Shown here piece after piece: positions 20,142 to 28,852 of a DNA stretch of 64,000 bases; the stretch's first letter is position 1, and each line of letters begins with the position of its first letter. The translations under genes were made by a program, and so were the position numbers. The stretch lies in the IMG/VR virus record IMGVR_UViG_2974703250_000001, positions 13,567 through 77,566 of that record; one strand, written 5' to 3'. The notes beneath the pieces were generated by a model. That model worked only from the letters and a program-made list of their open reading frames with translations, was not told where the DNA came from and did not search any database. Source of the stretch: a virus. Taxonomy: Duplodnaviria > Caudoviricetes.

Positions 20142-20353
20142 GCACGAACACAGTCGGACTGTCCGATGAACCGGACCGAGTTCTGGTGACCAGGCCCGAG
20201 GCCGCGCGCATCCTCTCCCTAAGCCTTCGGGAGGTGGACAACCTGCGCCGGAGCGGACGGCTGATGGCCAAGAAGCACGGAGCCAAGGTGCTGTTCCCGG
20301 TCGAAGAACTCGAACGCTTCGCCAACGACCTCCCGTGGGAGGTCGACCAGTGA
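20138..20353 (+). CDS. xis: Excisionase (HTH_17-like)
   Basis: LVTRPEAARILSLS..EV..LRRSGRL..KKHG.KVLFP..ELERF pattern; ATGA overlap with the Cro-like gene. Confidence 0.8.
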   Translation: MSTNTVGLSDEPDRVLVTRPEAARILSLSLREVDNLRRSGRLMAKKHGAKVLFPVEELERFANDLPWEVDQ

Positions 20354-20709
20354 CCGAACTGCTTAAACCGGACGCTGAGGCAGTTAACGAACTTAAGGCC
20401 GCGCTAGAGCGGCTACGAAAGGACGGATGGAACCGTGGAAAGTTTCACGATGTCATCACAGGCGAGTGCTGTGCTCTTGGGGCATTCGGCTACGCATTCC
20501 CCACAGACTCGCCCGGAGTCGCTTACCTCGCGTATGCAATCCGAAACCGCAAGGGTGGGCACCCATACCCACCGGACATGCCGGATATGTCCGTCGTCAT
20601 TCGTTTCAACGATGCACACGGACGTAAGTGGGCCGAAGTGGAAGCCGTCTTTCTCGCTGCAATCCGTTACGCAGAGGGTAAAGGCGTGCATGTCCGATCA
20701 AGCGCTTAG
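20350..20709 (+). CDS. Hypothetical protein
   Basis: GW.RG....GECCALGA...FNDAHGR.WAEV..VF pattern seen in actinophage small proteins. Confidence 0.6.
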   Translation: MTELLKPDAEAVNELKAALERLRKDGWNRGKFHDVITGECCALGAFGYAFPTDSPGVAYLAYAIRNRKGGHPYPPDMPDMSVVIRFNDAHGRKWAEVEAVFLAAIRYAEGKGVHVRSSA

Positions 20710-20880
20710 GGACAACGTTCTGGCGGTGCTGTCCCTGCTGGTCCTCATCGCGTTCATGGCCGTCATCTTGAATGCGTGGTTCACGGGATGGTGACCTTAG
20801 ATGCAGCCGATGTACTCGTTTCTTGTTTAACTTCCGAAACGCCAGCCTCAGCCCTAAGCTGGTTTACAGAGGGGGAGGGG

Positions 20881-21210
20881 ATGAGAAAGTTTCGAGGCGT
20901 GATCAACGAAACGCGAAGGGTAGCGATGACTAACCCGCTTGGCCGGAATGAAGCTCCGGAATACAGGCGGAACGGAAAGCCTTGCTGCATCTTTGGTCAC
21001 GTCTTGGAACGGCTCGGAATCCCAGTCGCCAAATGGGAGCTTGAGCTTCTTCTCAACAACCACACACTTGCAGACTTGCCCTGGGAAGACTGGGGCTTTG
21101 AGAAGCCTAACGAATACCAACTGCTCTGGATCACTAAGGTTCAGGCTAACGCAGATAACCGGGATGCGTGGATCATAGCTATTGCTATGGCTGACGCAAC
21201 CCTGATCTAA
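20881..21210 (+). CDS. Hypothetical protein
   Basis: GGAGGG RBS; P.Y..NGKPCCIFGHVL pattern. Confidence 0.6.
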   Translation: MRKFRGVINETRRVAMTNPLGRNEAPEYRRNGKPCCIFGHVLERLGIPVAKWELELLLNNHTLADLPWEDWGFEKPNEYQLLWITKVQANADNRDAWIIAIAMADATLI

Positions 21211-21394
21211 CGCTTAAAAATCTTATAGCTGTCACTTACGAAGTAACTCCGTAGTCGGAGGGTCCGTGTTTAGCGTCCGGGCCGCAGAGTGGTTCGCCTG
21301 CAAGTAAGCCAGCATTGAATACGTGTGTATTTCCGCACTACGAACTGGTCCCTGATGGGTTTATGTCCTATCGGCAGCCGGAGACGTGCGGGGT

Positions 21395-21505
21395 AGCGAT
21401 ACGCGGTTGGTACCTGAGGGTGACCGCATGAAAACGCTCTGGCGGGGTCCGTGGCCGAATCTACGGGTCAGAGCATCCCCGGTTCGATTCCGGGGTATCG
21501 CACCA
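21395..21505 (+). ncRNA. tRNA-like structured RNA (acceptor stem, T-arm and CCA, with non-tRNA interior)
   Basis: GCGATAC/GTATCGC 7-bp stem, A discriminator, CCA; CCCGG-TTCGATT-CCGGG T-arm; two long internal hairpins. Confidence 0.6.
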
Positions 21506-21652
21506 AGCCGGAGCGGTTGAGACGCACAGCGCTAACGGGCATTAGCGCTTATAGGTGCGCGACGTAAGGGTGTGGCGTCCGCTGCCACCTGTTGCGCTCC
21601 CGCTCCGGCCTTTCACTTTCCACCTTCACCACAACCACGAAAGGGCAGTCAG

Positions 21653-22069
21653 ATGACGGTTATTTACTTGGGTGAACCAACCGGCCCACGACTCCGCGAC
21701 CTCAGCCGGTCGCAGGAGAAAGCCCTTAACGACTGGCTCACGATGGCACTGGTTGTGCCACCGACGAGGCGCGAAGAAATCCCCGTCGACTTTACGCGAG
21801 CGCTTAGTGCCCTGGCTAAGCGTAGGGGTATCCGGTTCCACTTCAACAGTGACCGGATGCGGGTACGCGGCGAAGCTGTGCTCGGTAAGAACATGCCCGG
21901 CTGCGTTGGCGGCACCAAACGAAAGGTCACGGTTACCGATGAAAGGCAAGTGGCTACGAAAGCTCAATCCTCTATCCGGGTCAAAGCCCGGTCCGGAGGT
22001 TTCGTCTCCGGCGGTGGAGAAGGTATCGCCCCTTACCACGACCGGGACTGGCGCGACGACTACCTATAG
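21653..22069 (+). CDS. Hypothetical protein
   Basis: GAAAGGG RBS preceded by the CACCACAACCAC leader motif. Confidence 0.6.
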   Translation: MTVIYLGEPTGPRLRDLSRSQEKALNDWLTMALVVPPTRREEIPVDFTRALSALAKRRGIRFHFNSDRMRVRGEAVLGKNMPGCVGGTKRKVTVTDERQVATKAQSSIRVKARSGGFVSGGGEGIAPYHDRDWRDDYL

Positions 22070-22310
22070 CTATAGGCGGTGTGCGCGCTGCAACGCCCTA
22101 TTGACGTTCAAGTACAGGAGATGTACGGTATGCAACATGGAACCGGAACTGGCCGCGTGGAAGAAGGAACTGCTGTGGCGTGCGACCTGGGATGCGGAGC
22201 GGTTTACCCCGCCGGGCGTGCATGGCAGCGCGACCTTCACCACTACGCCTCCGAAAAGGGCATCCTTCCCACCTGCGGGCGGGGTGCAGAGCGAAAGGCG
22301 CGAGCCGCTA

Positions 22311-23108
22311 ATGCTGAGGCAGCCTGAAAAGTTGATGCTGGCCGGTGACTGGCACGGTAACTTGCCGTGGGCATTCAAGGCCATTAACTACGCCAAGTTC
22401 AACCGTGCAGACACGATTCTGCACGTTGGCGACTTCGGCTGGTGGAAGGCTGGTCCAGCCACCTACCAGTTCCTCGAAGAGGTCAACAAAGAGTGCGAGC
22501 ACCACGGCATCGACTTGCTGTGGGTTGACGGTAACCACGAGGACCACGCGTTCTTAGGTTCGTTCAACGTCCCCGGCGCTCAGCCGCTCACTACTAAGTC
22601 CTATCCGCGCATTACGCACCTACCGCGCGGGTACCGGTGGGTGTGGTGGGGCGATACGTGGATGGCGCTTGGCGGCGCTCATTCGGTCGACCGCTCATTC
22701 GCTGTTGAGGGTGAGTCCTGGTGGCCGGGCGAGTGGCTGGATGACAAGCAGATGGATTACGCGATGCGACCTGGCAAGGTCGACATCATCGTGGCCCATG
22801 ACGCGCCTACCAACGTCGAGATTCCCGGCATTGAGCCTGGTAAGGACATTTGGCTTCGTATCGACGGTAAGCCGCGCAAGGTTCCTCAGGTCGACAAGCT
22901 TAAGGCCGAGGAACACCGCGCCCGTATCCAGCAAGTGTGCGATGCGGTTAAGCCGGTCGAGTTCTATCACGGCCACTATCACCGCGACTACAACGCGTTG
23001 TGCCGGATTGAGGGCGGCGGCTACATGAACGTCCGGGGCCTCGATAAGGACGAAACCACGATTGCCAAAAACACGTATTTCATCACGGAAGGGCTAGACG
23101 AGGAATGA
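22311..23108 (+). CDS. Calcineurin-like metallophosphoesterase
   Basis: GDWHG, VGDFG, GNHE, AHDAP and GHYH motifs; true start near 22311, not 21672. Confidence 0.9.
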   Translation: MLRQPEKLMLAGDWHGNLPWAFKAINYAKFNRADTILHVGDFGWWKAGPATYQFLEEVNKECEHHGIDLLWVDGNHEDHAFLGSFNVPGAQPLTTKSYPRITHLPRGYRWVWWGDTWMALGGAHSVDRSFAVEGESWWPGEWLDDKQMDYAMRPGKVDIIVAHDAPTNVEIPGIEPGKDIWLRIDGKPRKVPQVDKLKAEEHRARIQQVCDAVKPVEFYHGHYHRDYNALCRIEGGGYMNVRGLDKDETTIAKNTYFITEGLDEE

Positions 23109-23178
23109 ACGTCGAGCTGATGGCGGCGGCGCGCTCTGATCGGCGCGTGCATGGGTCTATGTGGTGGAGGTCGCGGCG

Positions 23179-23496
23179 ATGAAGGCTAGTGAGCGTTTAG
23201 CGGAGCGTAACGAGCTGCTGGAAGTGATCGCAGAAATCGACTCCGACCTAAGCGGCCTTATTGAGGATAAGAGTTTCCGGGCTGCCCAACAGTGCCGGGA
23301 AATGTTGGACGCGCGGCGTGAGACGGCGCGCGAGCTGAACGCGCTTGGGTTTAGCGCACCTGAGCTTGACGAAAGGTTGAGGCGGCGTGAAAGTGTTCCT
23401 GCTGCTGGTAGTGGTGATCGCGCTGGTGTTCGTGATAGCGGCGGTGATTGTGTCGTTGCAAAGCGCCGTATCGGCCCGTCGCAAGAGGCGGGCTAA
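23179..23496 (+). CDS. Hypothetical coiled-coil protein
   Basis: GGAGG RBS; helical composition. Confidence 0.5.
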   Translation: MKASERLAERNELLEVIAEIDSDLSGLIEDKSFRAAQQCREMLDARRETARELNALGFSAPELDERLRRRESVPAAGSGDRAGVRDSGGDCVVAKRRIGPSQEAG

Positions 23497-23620
23497 CGAT
23501 CCACTGTTCTACCTCACGCGTCGTGAACGGCGCGAGTATTCACGAGCTATCGCTAAGCGAAAGCTATCCGAAGCTGATGAGGCTTACTATCAGCGGCTTA
23601 ACGACATGCTCACCCGGTAG
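23387..23620 (+). CDS. Small membrane protein
   Basis: N-terminal TM helix followed by a basic patch. Confidence 0.55.
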   Translation: MKVFLLLVVVIALVFVIAAVIVSLQSAVSARRKRRANDPLFYLTRRERREYSRAIAKRKLSEADEAYYQRLNDMLTR

Positions 23621-23645
23621 TACCCACAACTAAATACCCACACAC

Positions 23646-23680
23646 AAAACCCCTGTTAGCTGCGGCTAGCGGGGGTTTTC
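23646..23680. terminator. Bidirectional-type intrinsic terminator
   Basis: AAAACCCCTGTTAGC-TGCG-GCTAGCGGGGGTTTT. Confidence 0.75.
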
Positions 23681-23698
23681 CTATGGAAGGAAACTTCT

Positions 23699-24658
23699 TT
23701 GAACCGTAAGAAGATCGCGGCGTTGGTGTTGGCGGCTGCGGCCACCCTGCCGATTGTCGCGTGTTCGACTTCGGTCCCGGCTGGCATTACCGCCGTCAAG
23801 GTGGACGACTACGCGTTCGTCCCCACTGACCCGACCGTGGAGGGCTGCATTAAGCCTGAGACGAATGAGTTCAACCCAATTGGCGGGTTCAAGGCGTACA
23901 TGTACCCGGCCCGGCAGATCAGCTACGACGCGCTGGACCAGCAGGGCGCGGAGGCTCCGGCCACCGTCGTCGTGTCGAACCGCGAGGCTCCGGCTGAGCT
24001 TAAGGTGCCGGTGACGGTCACGTTCGACCTCACGCAGGATTGCGAGCTGCTTAAGCAGTTCCATCGGGACTTCGGCACGAAGTACCAGGGCTGGCTTAAC
24101 GATGACGGCACGGTGTCTCAGGGCTGGAAAGACCTGCTGAACTACGTGGTCGGCCAGCCGTTGCAGAACACGTTGGTGTCGATCGCGCAGAAGTACGAGT
24201 GGCGCAAGATTTGGAACGACGAGGCCGTGCGCGTCGAGTTCCAGAACGCGCTGCGTGAGACGCTGCCTAAGGTGTCGCGGGACCGTACTAACGGTGTCGA
24301 CTACTTCACCAACTTTCAGGTGACGGTGATGAAGCCGGACCCGGTAGACGCGACTCTCAAGCAGGCGATCATTGCGGAGCAGCAGGCCATCGCTCAGGCT
24401 AACGCCACTAAGGCGAAGGGTGTTGCCGATGCAGAGGCGGCGCAGGCGAAGGCTGACGCGGACGTTAAGGCTGCGGAGGCTCAGACCAAGGTGGCTGAGC
24501 AGGAGGCGCTTAAGCGTCAGGCTGAGGTGCGCGGTTATCCGAGCATTGAGGCTTACCTTGACGCGCAGGAAATCGCCGCCAAGCGTGAGGCTATCTCGCG
24601 GGGTATCAATCCGTACCCGTCGCCCATCGTCGCTGGCGTTGGTGCCACCGGGCGCTAA
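23699..24658 (+). CDS. SPFH/band-7-like lipoprotein
   Basis: Lipobox-like IVAC; VPAG..AVKV; C-terminal AEA/AQA coiled coil. Confidence 0.75.
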   Translation: MNRKKIAALVLAAAATLPIVACSTSVPAGITAVKVDDYAFVPTDPTVEGCIKPETNEFNPIGGFKAYMYPARQISYDALDQQGAEAPATVVVSNREAPAELKVPVTVTFDLTQDCELLKQFHRDFGTKYQGWLNDDGTVSQGWKDLLNYVVGQPLQNTLVSIAQKYEWRKIWNDEAVRVEFQNALRETLPKVSRDRTNGVDYFTNFQVTVMKPDPVDATLKQAIIAEQQAIAQANATKAKGVADAEAAQAKADADVKAAEAQTKVAEQEALKRQAEVRGYPSIEAYLDAQEIAAKREAISRGINPYPSPIVAGVGATGR

Positions 24659-24837
24659 TGCTTAGCCGCATCACGCCGGGTGACATTCGCTTTCTGGCCG
24701 TGTGCGTCACCGTGATAGCGGTGTGCGTTATCGGCCTGGCGATCTTCGCCTAACTAACTCTCCCTAGATGGGGCGCGCATATCTAGGGGTGATTAGCGCA
24801 CGCGCACCCTAAACCCTCTTTAGTAAAGGAAATACCC

Positions 24838-25266
24838 ATGTCGAAAAAGAGCCTGTTCAAGCAACCAGGTGTCGAGCAACTGATTCCCGGCCACGAGCTG
24901 CCGGTAGGCGTCAAGGTGACCGGGCGAAACATGCACGCGGTTACCCTGCTGGTCTCAGTGTCCGGGGAGGCGAACGGTAGTCGCTCTACCGCTACCGCCT
25001 TCTTTGAGAGCGACGGTTCGCTGTCGCACGTCAAGCTGGCCGACAACACCGGCAACGTTGACGTTAAGGCCGGTGAGTACCTGATCCTTAGCGACGACCT
25101 CAAGACCGTGGTAGTTGCGTCGGCTGAGGACTACGAGTTCTTCAAGACCCTGTTCCCGCTGCTGAGCGCGGTGGGTGACGCGTTCGACTCGCTGGCCGCG
25201 AGCTTGGCGAGTAGCGATGTGGACTTGGCCGGTCTGCTCGGGGGCCTGCTGGTTGGGGACTTGTGA
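24838..25266 (+). CDS. Hypothetical protein
   Basis: AAAGGA RBS; in frame with operon. Confidence 0.6.
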   Translation: MSKKSLFKQPGVEQLIPGHELPVGVKVTGRNMHAVTLLVSVSGEANGSRSTATAFFESDGSLSHVKLADNTGNVDVKAGEYLILSDDLKTVVVASAEDYEFFKTLFPLLSAVGDAFDSLAASLASSDVDLAGLLGGLLVGDL

Positions 25267-25502
25267 TGAGTCTCTTCAAAAAGAGCGCGCCCGTCTTCGC
25301 TCCTAAGTCCGTCGCGTCTATTACGGCGGGGCTGAGCGACACTCTCGCGGAGCTTGAGGCTCACGCCGAGGACCAGACCTCGCAGGCCGCTTTCCAGAAA
25401 GCGATGGCCGACCAGGCGTTGACCGCTGCCGCTGAGCACGCGGCAGAGTCCGAGTTGGCGCTAAAGGTCGCGGGGAATGTTAGGGCGCTGCTCGGCGCGT
25501 GA
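25263..25502 (+). CDS. Hypothetical protein
   Basis: Overlaps the upstream stop; helical. Confidence 0.55.
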   Translation: MMSLFKKSAPVFAPKSVASITAGLSDTLAELEAHAEDQTSQAAFQKAMADQALTAAAEHAAESELALKVAGNVRALLGA

Positions 25503-25615
25503 TCAATTACGTATGGCGGCACCTGTCCGCGCTCTACTACTTCGGTAGGGAGCGCGGCAGGTTGCCCACCCTTAAAGAGCTACGCGATGACACTAAGACT
25601 TAAGAGGCTGAACGC

Positions 25616-25840
25616 ATGAGCGTTAAGAAGCGCACACCCGAACAAGGGCGCATCGTGATCACACTCGAATACACGATGCCCCGTACGTACTGGTCTGAGT
25701 ACGCCGACGACGGAAAGCGAATCATTACGGATGCTGTCGATTGCCTTCGGCAGAACGTCCAAGACTGGAAAGACGGTGCTCTTTCCCTAGGAGACCTAAT
25801 TCAAGGTGCCGACGAAATCCACGTCGAAGCCACTAAGTAA
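25616..25840 (+). CDS. Hypothetical protein upstream of TROVE-like gene
   Basis: GAGG RBS; 74 aa. Confidence 0.55.
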   Translation: MSVKKRTPEQGRIVITLEYTMPRTYWSEYADDGKRIITDAVDCLRQNVQDWKDGALSLGDLIQGADEIHVEATK

Positions 25841-25854
25841 AGAGAGGGTAAGCA

Positions 25855-27273
25855 ATGGCTACCTTTTTGCAGAGCTTGCAGTCCCAGTTCAACACCACTC
25901 GCACGGAGAACGGCGATAAGGCGCACAAGTCGTCGCTTGATCCGGTGGTGGATTACTTCGGCCTAGCGGGCGCTATGCGTGACCGCGCCGAGGCGTCGGC
26001 TGACCTGTTCGAGAAGGCGTTCCGATTCGACCCACAGGCGGCGGTCCGGACCCTGTTCTATCTGCGTGACGTGCGCGGGGGCCAGGGCGAGCGTGACGTG
26101 TTCCGTGCGGGCCTCAAGCGGCTTCTGGCGAAGTGGCCGGGCGCTGACTACTCGGTGCTCAAGCATGTGCCGTTCTACGGGCGCTGGGACGACCTGTTCT
26201 ACGACGGCGCGAACGTCACGCCCGCCGTGGCCCGGATTCTCCACTATCAGTGGGCCTCCGACGTTGCGGCGTACGAGCGTGGCGATCAGGTGTCGCTCAT
26301 GGCTAAGTGGCTGCCGTCCGACAAGGCCGCTAACAAGGAGCTGGCTATCGCGGTGCGTCAGGCGCTCGGTCTGACTCAGCGTGAGTACCGGCAGACCCTT
26401 ACGGCTCTTAGGGGCCGGATTGGTCTCGTCGAGCACGATATGTCGGAGCGCACTTACGAGCACATCGACTACTCGCGGCTCCCGGCTCAGGCGCACCGTA
26501 AGCACGTTAAGGCGTTCCGGCGCAACGACGGTGAGCGGTACCAGGCGTTCCTTGACGCGGTGCAGCGTGGCGAGGCGAAGGTGAACACGTCGACCCTGTA
26601 TCCGTACGAACTGTTCGACCTGTGCCGGTCGGACCCTTCGGCGGCTGACGCGTTGTGGAAGAACCTGCCGGACTACACGCAGCCGGGCCAGGATGCGCTA
26701 GTCCTGCCGGACGTTTCCGGTTCGATGGCGGGGCGTCCTATCTCGGTGTCGGTGTCGCTGGCGCTGTACTTCGCTGAGCGCAACACGGGTCCGTACAAGG
26801 GCTATTTCCTGTCGTTCGACACCACGCCCAAGCTGGTTCAGGTGCCGGAGTCGGGAGACTTGCAGAGCAAGTTACGGGCGATCAGTAGCCATACCAACAA
26901 CTGGGGTTCGACCAACTTGCGGGCCGCGTTTACCGCGATCCTCAGGGCGGGGTTGCAGTCGGGCACCGTCCCGGCCACGCTCTACGTCGTGTCGGACATG
27001 CAGTTCGATCAGGCGCTTAACAACGCCGATCTGAGCGTGTTCGAGTCGGCCAAGCTCTCGTTCCAGCAGGCGGGCCTTGAGCTGCCGCACGTCGTGTTCT
27101 GGAACGTGAACGCGCGGCATGATCAGTTGCCCGCGACGGCTATGGACGGAAACGTGACTCTCGTTTCCGGGCTGGCTGCTACGACGTTTGCGCTGGCTGT
27201 GCAGGGTAAGTCCCCGCGTGAGCTGGTGGACGACGTAATCAATTCGGAGCGATACGAGAAAATCGTTCTGTAA
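25855..27273 (+). CDS. TROVE-like plus vWA protein (Ro60-like, DUF2828-type)
   Basis: TENG...SS.DP.VD.F start; LFYLRDVRGGQGER; GRWDDL; AKWLPS; MIDAS motif DVSGSM; GSTNL..AF; VVSDMQFD; VFWNVNA. Confidence 0.85.
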   Translation: MATFLQSLQSQFNTTRTENGDKAHKSSLDPVVDYFGLAGAMRDRAEASADLFEKAFRFDPQAAVRTLFYLRDVRGGQGERDVFRAGLKRLLAKWPGADYSVLKHVPFYGRWDDLFYDGANVTPAVARILHYQWASDVAAYERGDQVSLMAKWLPSDKAANKELAIAVRQALGLTQREYRQTLTALRGRIGLVEHDMSERTYEHIDYSRLPAQAHRKHVKAFRRNDGERYQAFLDAVQRGEAKVNTSTLYPYELFDLCRSDPSAADALWKNLPDYTQPGQDALVLPDVSGSMAGRPISVSVSLALYFAERNTGPYKGYFLSFDTTPKLVQVPESGDLQSKLRAISSHTNNWGSTNLRAAFTAILRAGLQSGTVPATLYVVSDMQFDQALNNADLSVFESAKLSFQQAGLELPHVVFWNVNARHDQLPATAMDGNVTLVSGLAATTFALAVQGKSPRELVDDVINSERYEKIVL

Positions 27274-27316
27274 AACTTCCATCTTGCCGGGATGGCTCGG
27301 TAAGGTTGGAAACAGG

Positions 27317-27371
27317 TGGACGCGAACAGCAATCAAAACTTCTTCTGCTAAAAGAAACCAAGTGCGTCCAG
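27317..27371 (+). ncRNA. Y-RNA-like unit 1 (short)
   Basis: TGGACGC/GCGTCCA closing stem with ACAGCAAT motif. Confidence 0.6.
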
Positions 27372-27382
27372 TTTAAAACCTG

Positions 27383-27513
27383 TGGACCCCCACAGCAATA
27401 AAACTACTTCCATGATAAGGACGAGGCGCGGGTTCAAATCCCGCAGCTCTTACGGTTTTCACCGTAAGGGTTTAGCTCAGGGGCAGAGCGCGTAAGTAAA
27501 AACAGGGGTCCAG
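27383..27513 (+). ncRNA. YrlA-like Y RNA with circularly permuted tRNA mimic
   Basis: TGGACCCC/GGGGTCCA stem enclosing a T-arm (GCGGG-TTCAAAT-CCCGC), a loop-closed acceptor-like stem (CTCTTACGG/CCGTAAGGG) and a D-arm (TAGCTCAGGGGCAGAGCG). Confidence 0.85.
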
Positions 27514-27526
27514 TACATAGCGGCTG

Positions 27527-27581
27527 TGGACACTAACAGCGATTCTAACTCTTTCAAATGGTGAAAATAGAATGTGTCCAG
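27527..27581 (+). ncRNA. Y-RNA-like unit 3 (short)
   Basis: TGGACAC/GTGTCCA stem with ACAGCGAT motif and inner ATTCTA/TAGAAT stem. Confidence 0.6.
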
Positions 27582-27596
27582 TTCCACCGCGTTTGA

Positions 27597-27636
27597 TCCG
27601 CCCCGCGCCTAAATGACTGCGGGGCGGATTTTTTTA
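27597..27636 (+). terminator. Intrinsic terminator after the Y-RNA array
   Basis: TCCGCCCCGC...GCGGGGCGGA followed by a T7 run. Confidence 0.85.
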
Positions 27637-27775
27637 TGCCTAACGGAGGAAACATGCCAGGACCGATGTCCGCACCTAACGGAAACAAGCTGATCACGGT
27701 GAGCGCAGAGGCCCGTAAGAAAGCCGGTCGGACCGGCAAGACGGAGCTGGTGCGCGAGCGGAAAGGTAACAAGCA

Positions 27776-28123
27776 ATGAAGGCTCTGGTTATCGCGGCTG
27801 CGGTCGCGGTTGGCCTGTCTATGTCTGCGTGCGCTACGCAGGACCAGCACTGGGAGACCGGCTGCAAGGTCACGGATAAGCAAATCCTGACCGACGTGAG
27901 CGGGTCCAACGGCAGCACGAGCACTACCCGCACTAAGCGTCTGAGCACGTCGTGCGGCGCTTTCAACGTCGAGGACGCATGGGAAGCGGGTTCGTTCAAC
28001 TCGTATGACCTGTGGTCAAAGCTAGAGGTTGGTAAGACCTACGACCTCAAGGTGGGCGGCATTCGGAACGGGTTCTTTTCGATGTTCCAGACCGTCTTGG
28101 AGGTAAAGGAATCGAATGGCTAG
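27776..28123 (+). CDS. Lipoprotein
   Basis: Signal peptide with lipobox MSAC; OB-like C-terminus. Confidence 0.65.
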   Translation: MKALVIAAAVAVGLSMSACATQDQHWETGCKVTDKQILTDVSGSNGSTSTTRTKRLSTSCGAFNVEDAWEAGSFNSYDLWSKLEVGKTYDLKVGGIRNGFFSMFQTVLEVKESNG

Positions 28124-28436
28124 CAAGCTGGTCGCAGAGGCCATCGCCAAGTACCTAGAAGGCAGGGGCGACGCGTCGAACGCGGACCGGTTCTATCCGG
28201 TGCCTAACCGGGTGATGCGCCGCGCTATGCGCTTCGGCGGTTCCCGCCAGTTGATTCCCGGCGCGAACGGTAAGCCTGCCACTTTCTATCAGCCTCAGCG
28301 GTCGCGGATTCAGAGGGGTATTTCGCGGCCCGGCGTGCGCGGCAAGGTGCTTACCGAGGGCCTTACGCCGATCTTCGTTAGTGAGGATGGCGACCGCATG
28401 GATATGCGCGAGTTCTACGACAAGGCGGCTGCCTGA
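28116..28436 (+). CDS. Hypothetical protein
   Basis: AAGGA RBS; operonic. Confidence 0.55.
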   Translation: MASKLVAEAIAKYLEGRGDASNADRFYPVPNRVMRRAMRFGGSRQLIPGANGKPATFYQPQRSRIQRGISRPGVRGKVLTEGLTPIFVSEDGDRMDMREFYDKAAA

Positions 28437-28852
28437 TGTACATGGTGGATATCCGCCTAGCTACAGGCGAGGTTAAGCACGCGCGCACCAATGAGCTACC
28501 GGTGCATGACGATCACAACAACCTGGCTATTGCCTTGGCGGTTGGCGGCGCTCTTGTCTACGCGGCTGGGCATTACGCCGGATACGCGGTTAGGGAAATT
28601 AAGGAGAGCAACGATGGCTAAGCCTGTTGGCACCGTGCTGCACAAGACATACCCGAACGGAAAGTTTGACGTTGCCGTTCACACCCTAAAGGGCTGGGTG
28701 ATTGTCGATCAGCACGGCTCTTACAGCATTCCAGGCGAGCCCGCGACCGCTAACGGCAGTTCATGGATCGAGCTTGAGCCTGCCCCTTTGAAGGTTAGCG
28801 GGGCGGCATAACTGACTATCAGGTAAAGCGCGACTACTGGGACCGCCCAATC

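Noticed and set aside
21395-21505. tmRNA call for the tRNA-like element
   Set aside because: No G3:U70 alanine determinant, far too short between acceptor strands, and no tag reading frame seen; a two-piece form is not excluded but has no support.
21672-22310. N-terminal 210 aa of the 478-aa phosphoesterase ORF (possible zinc-finger fusion)
   Set aside because: Overlaps the better-supported 21653-22069 gene in another frame; phosphoesterase motifs begin only after 22311.
27317-27581. Possible CRISPR array or type III toxin-antitoxin repeat array
   Set aside because: Only three units, repeats are not identical, each is closed by its own helix, one contains a tRNA mimic, and the neighbour is TROVE/vWA rather than a cas or ToxN-type gene.
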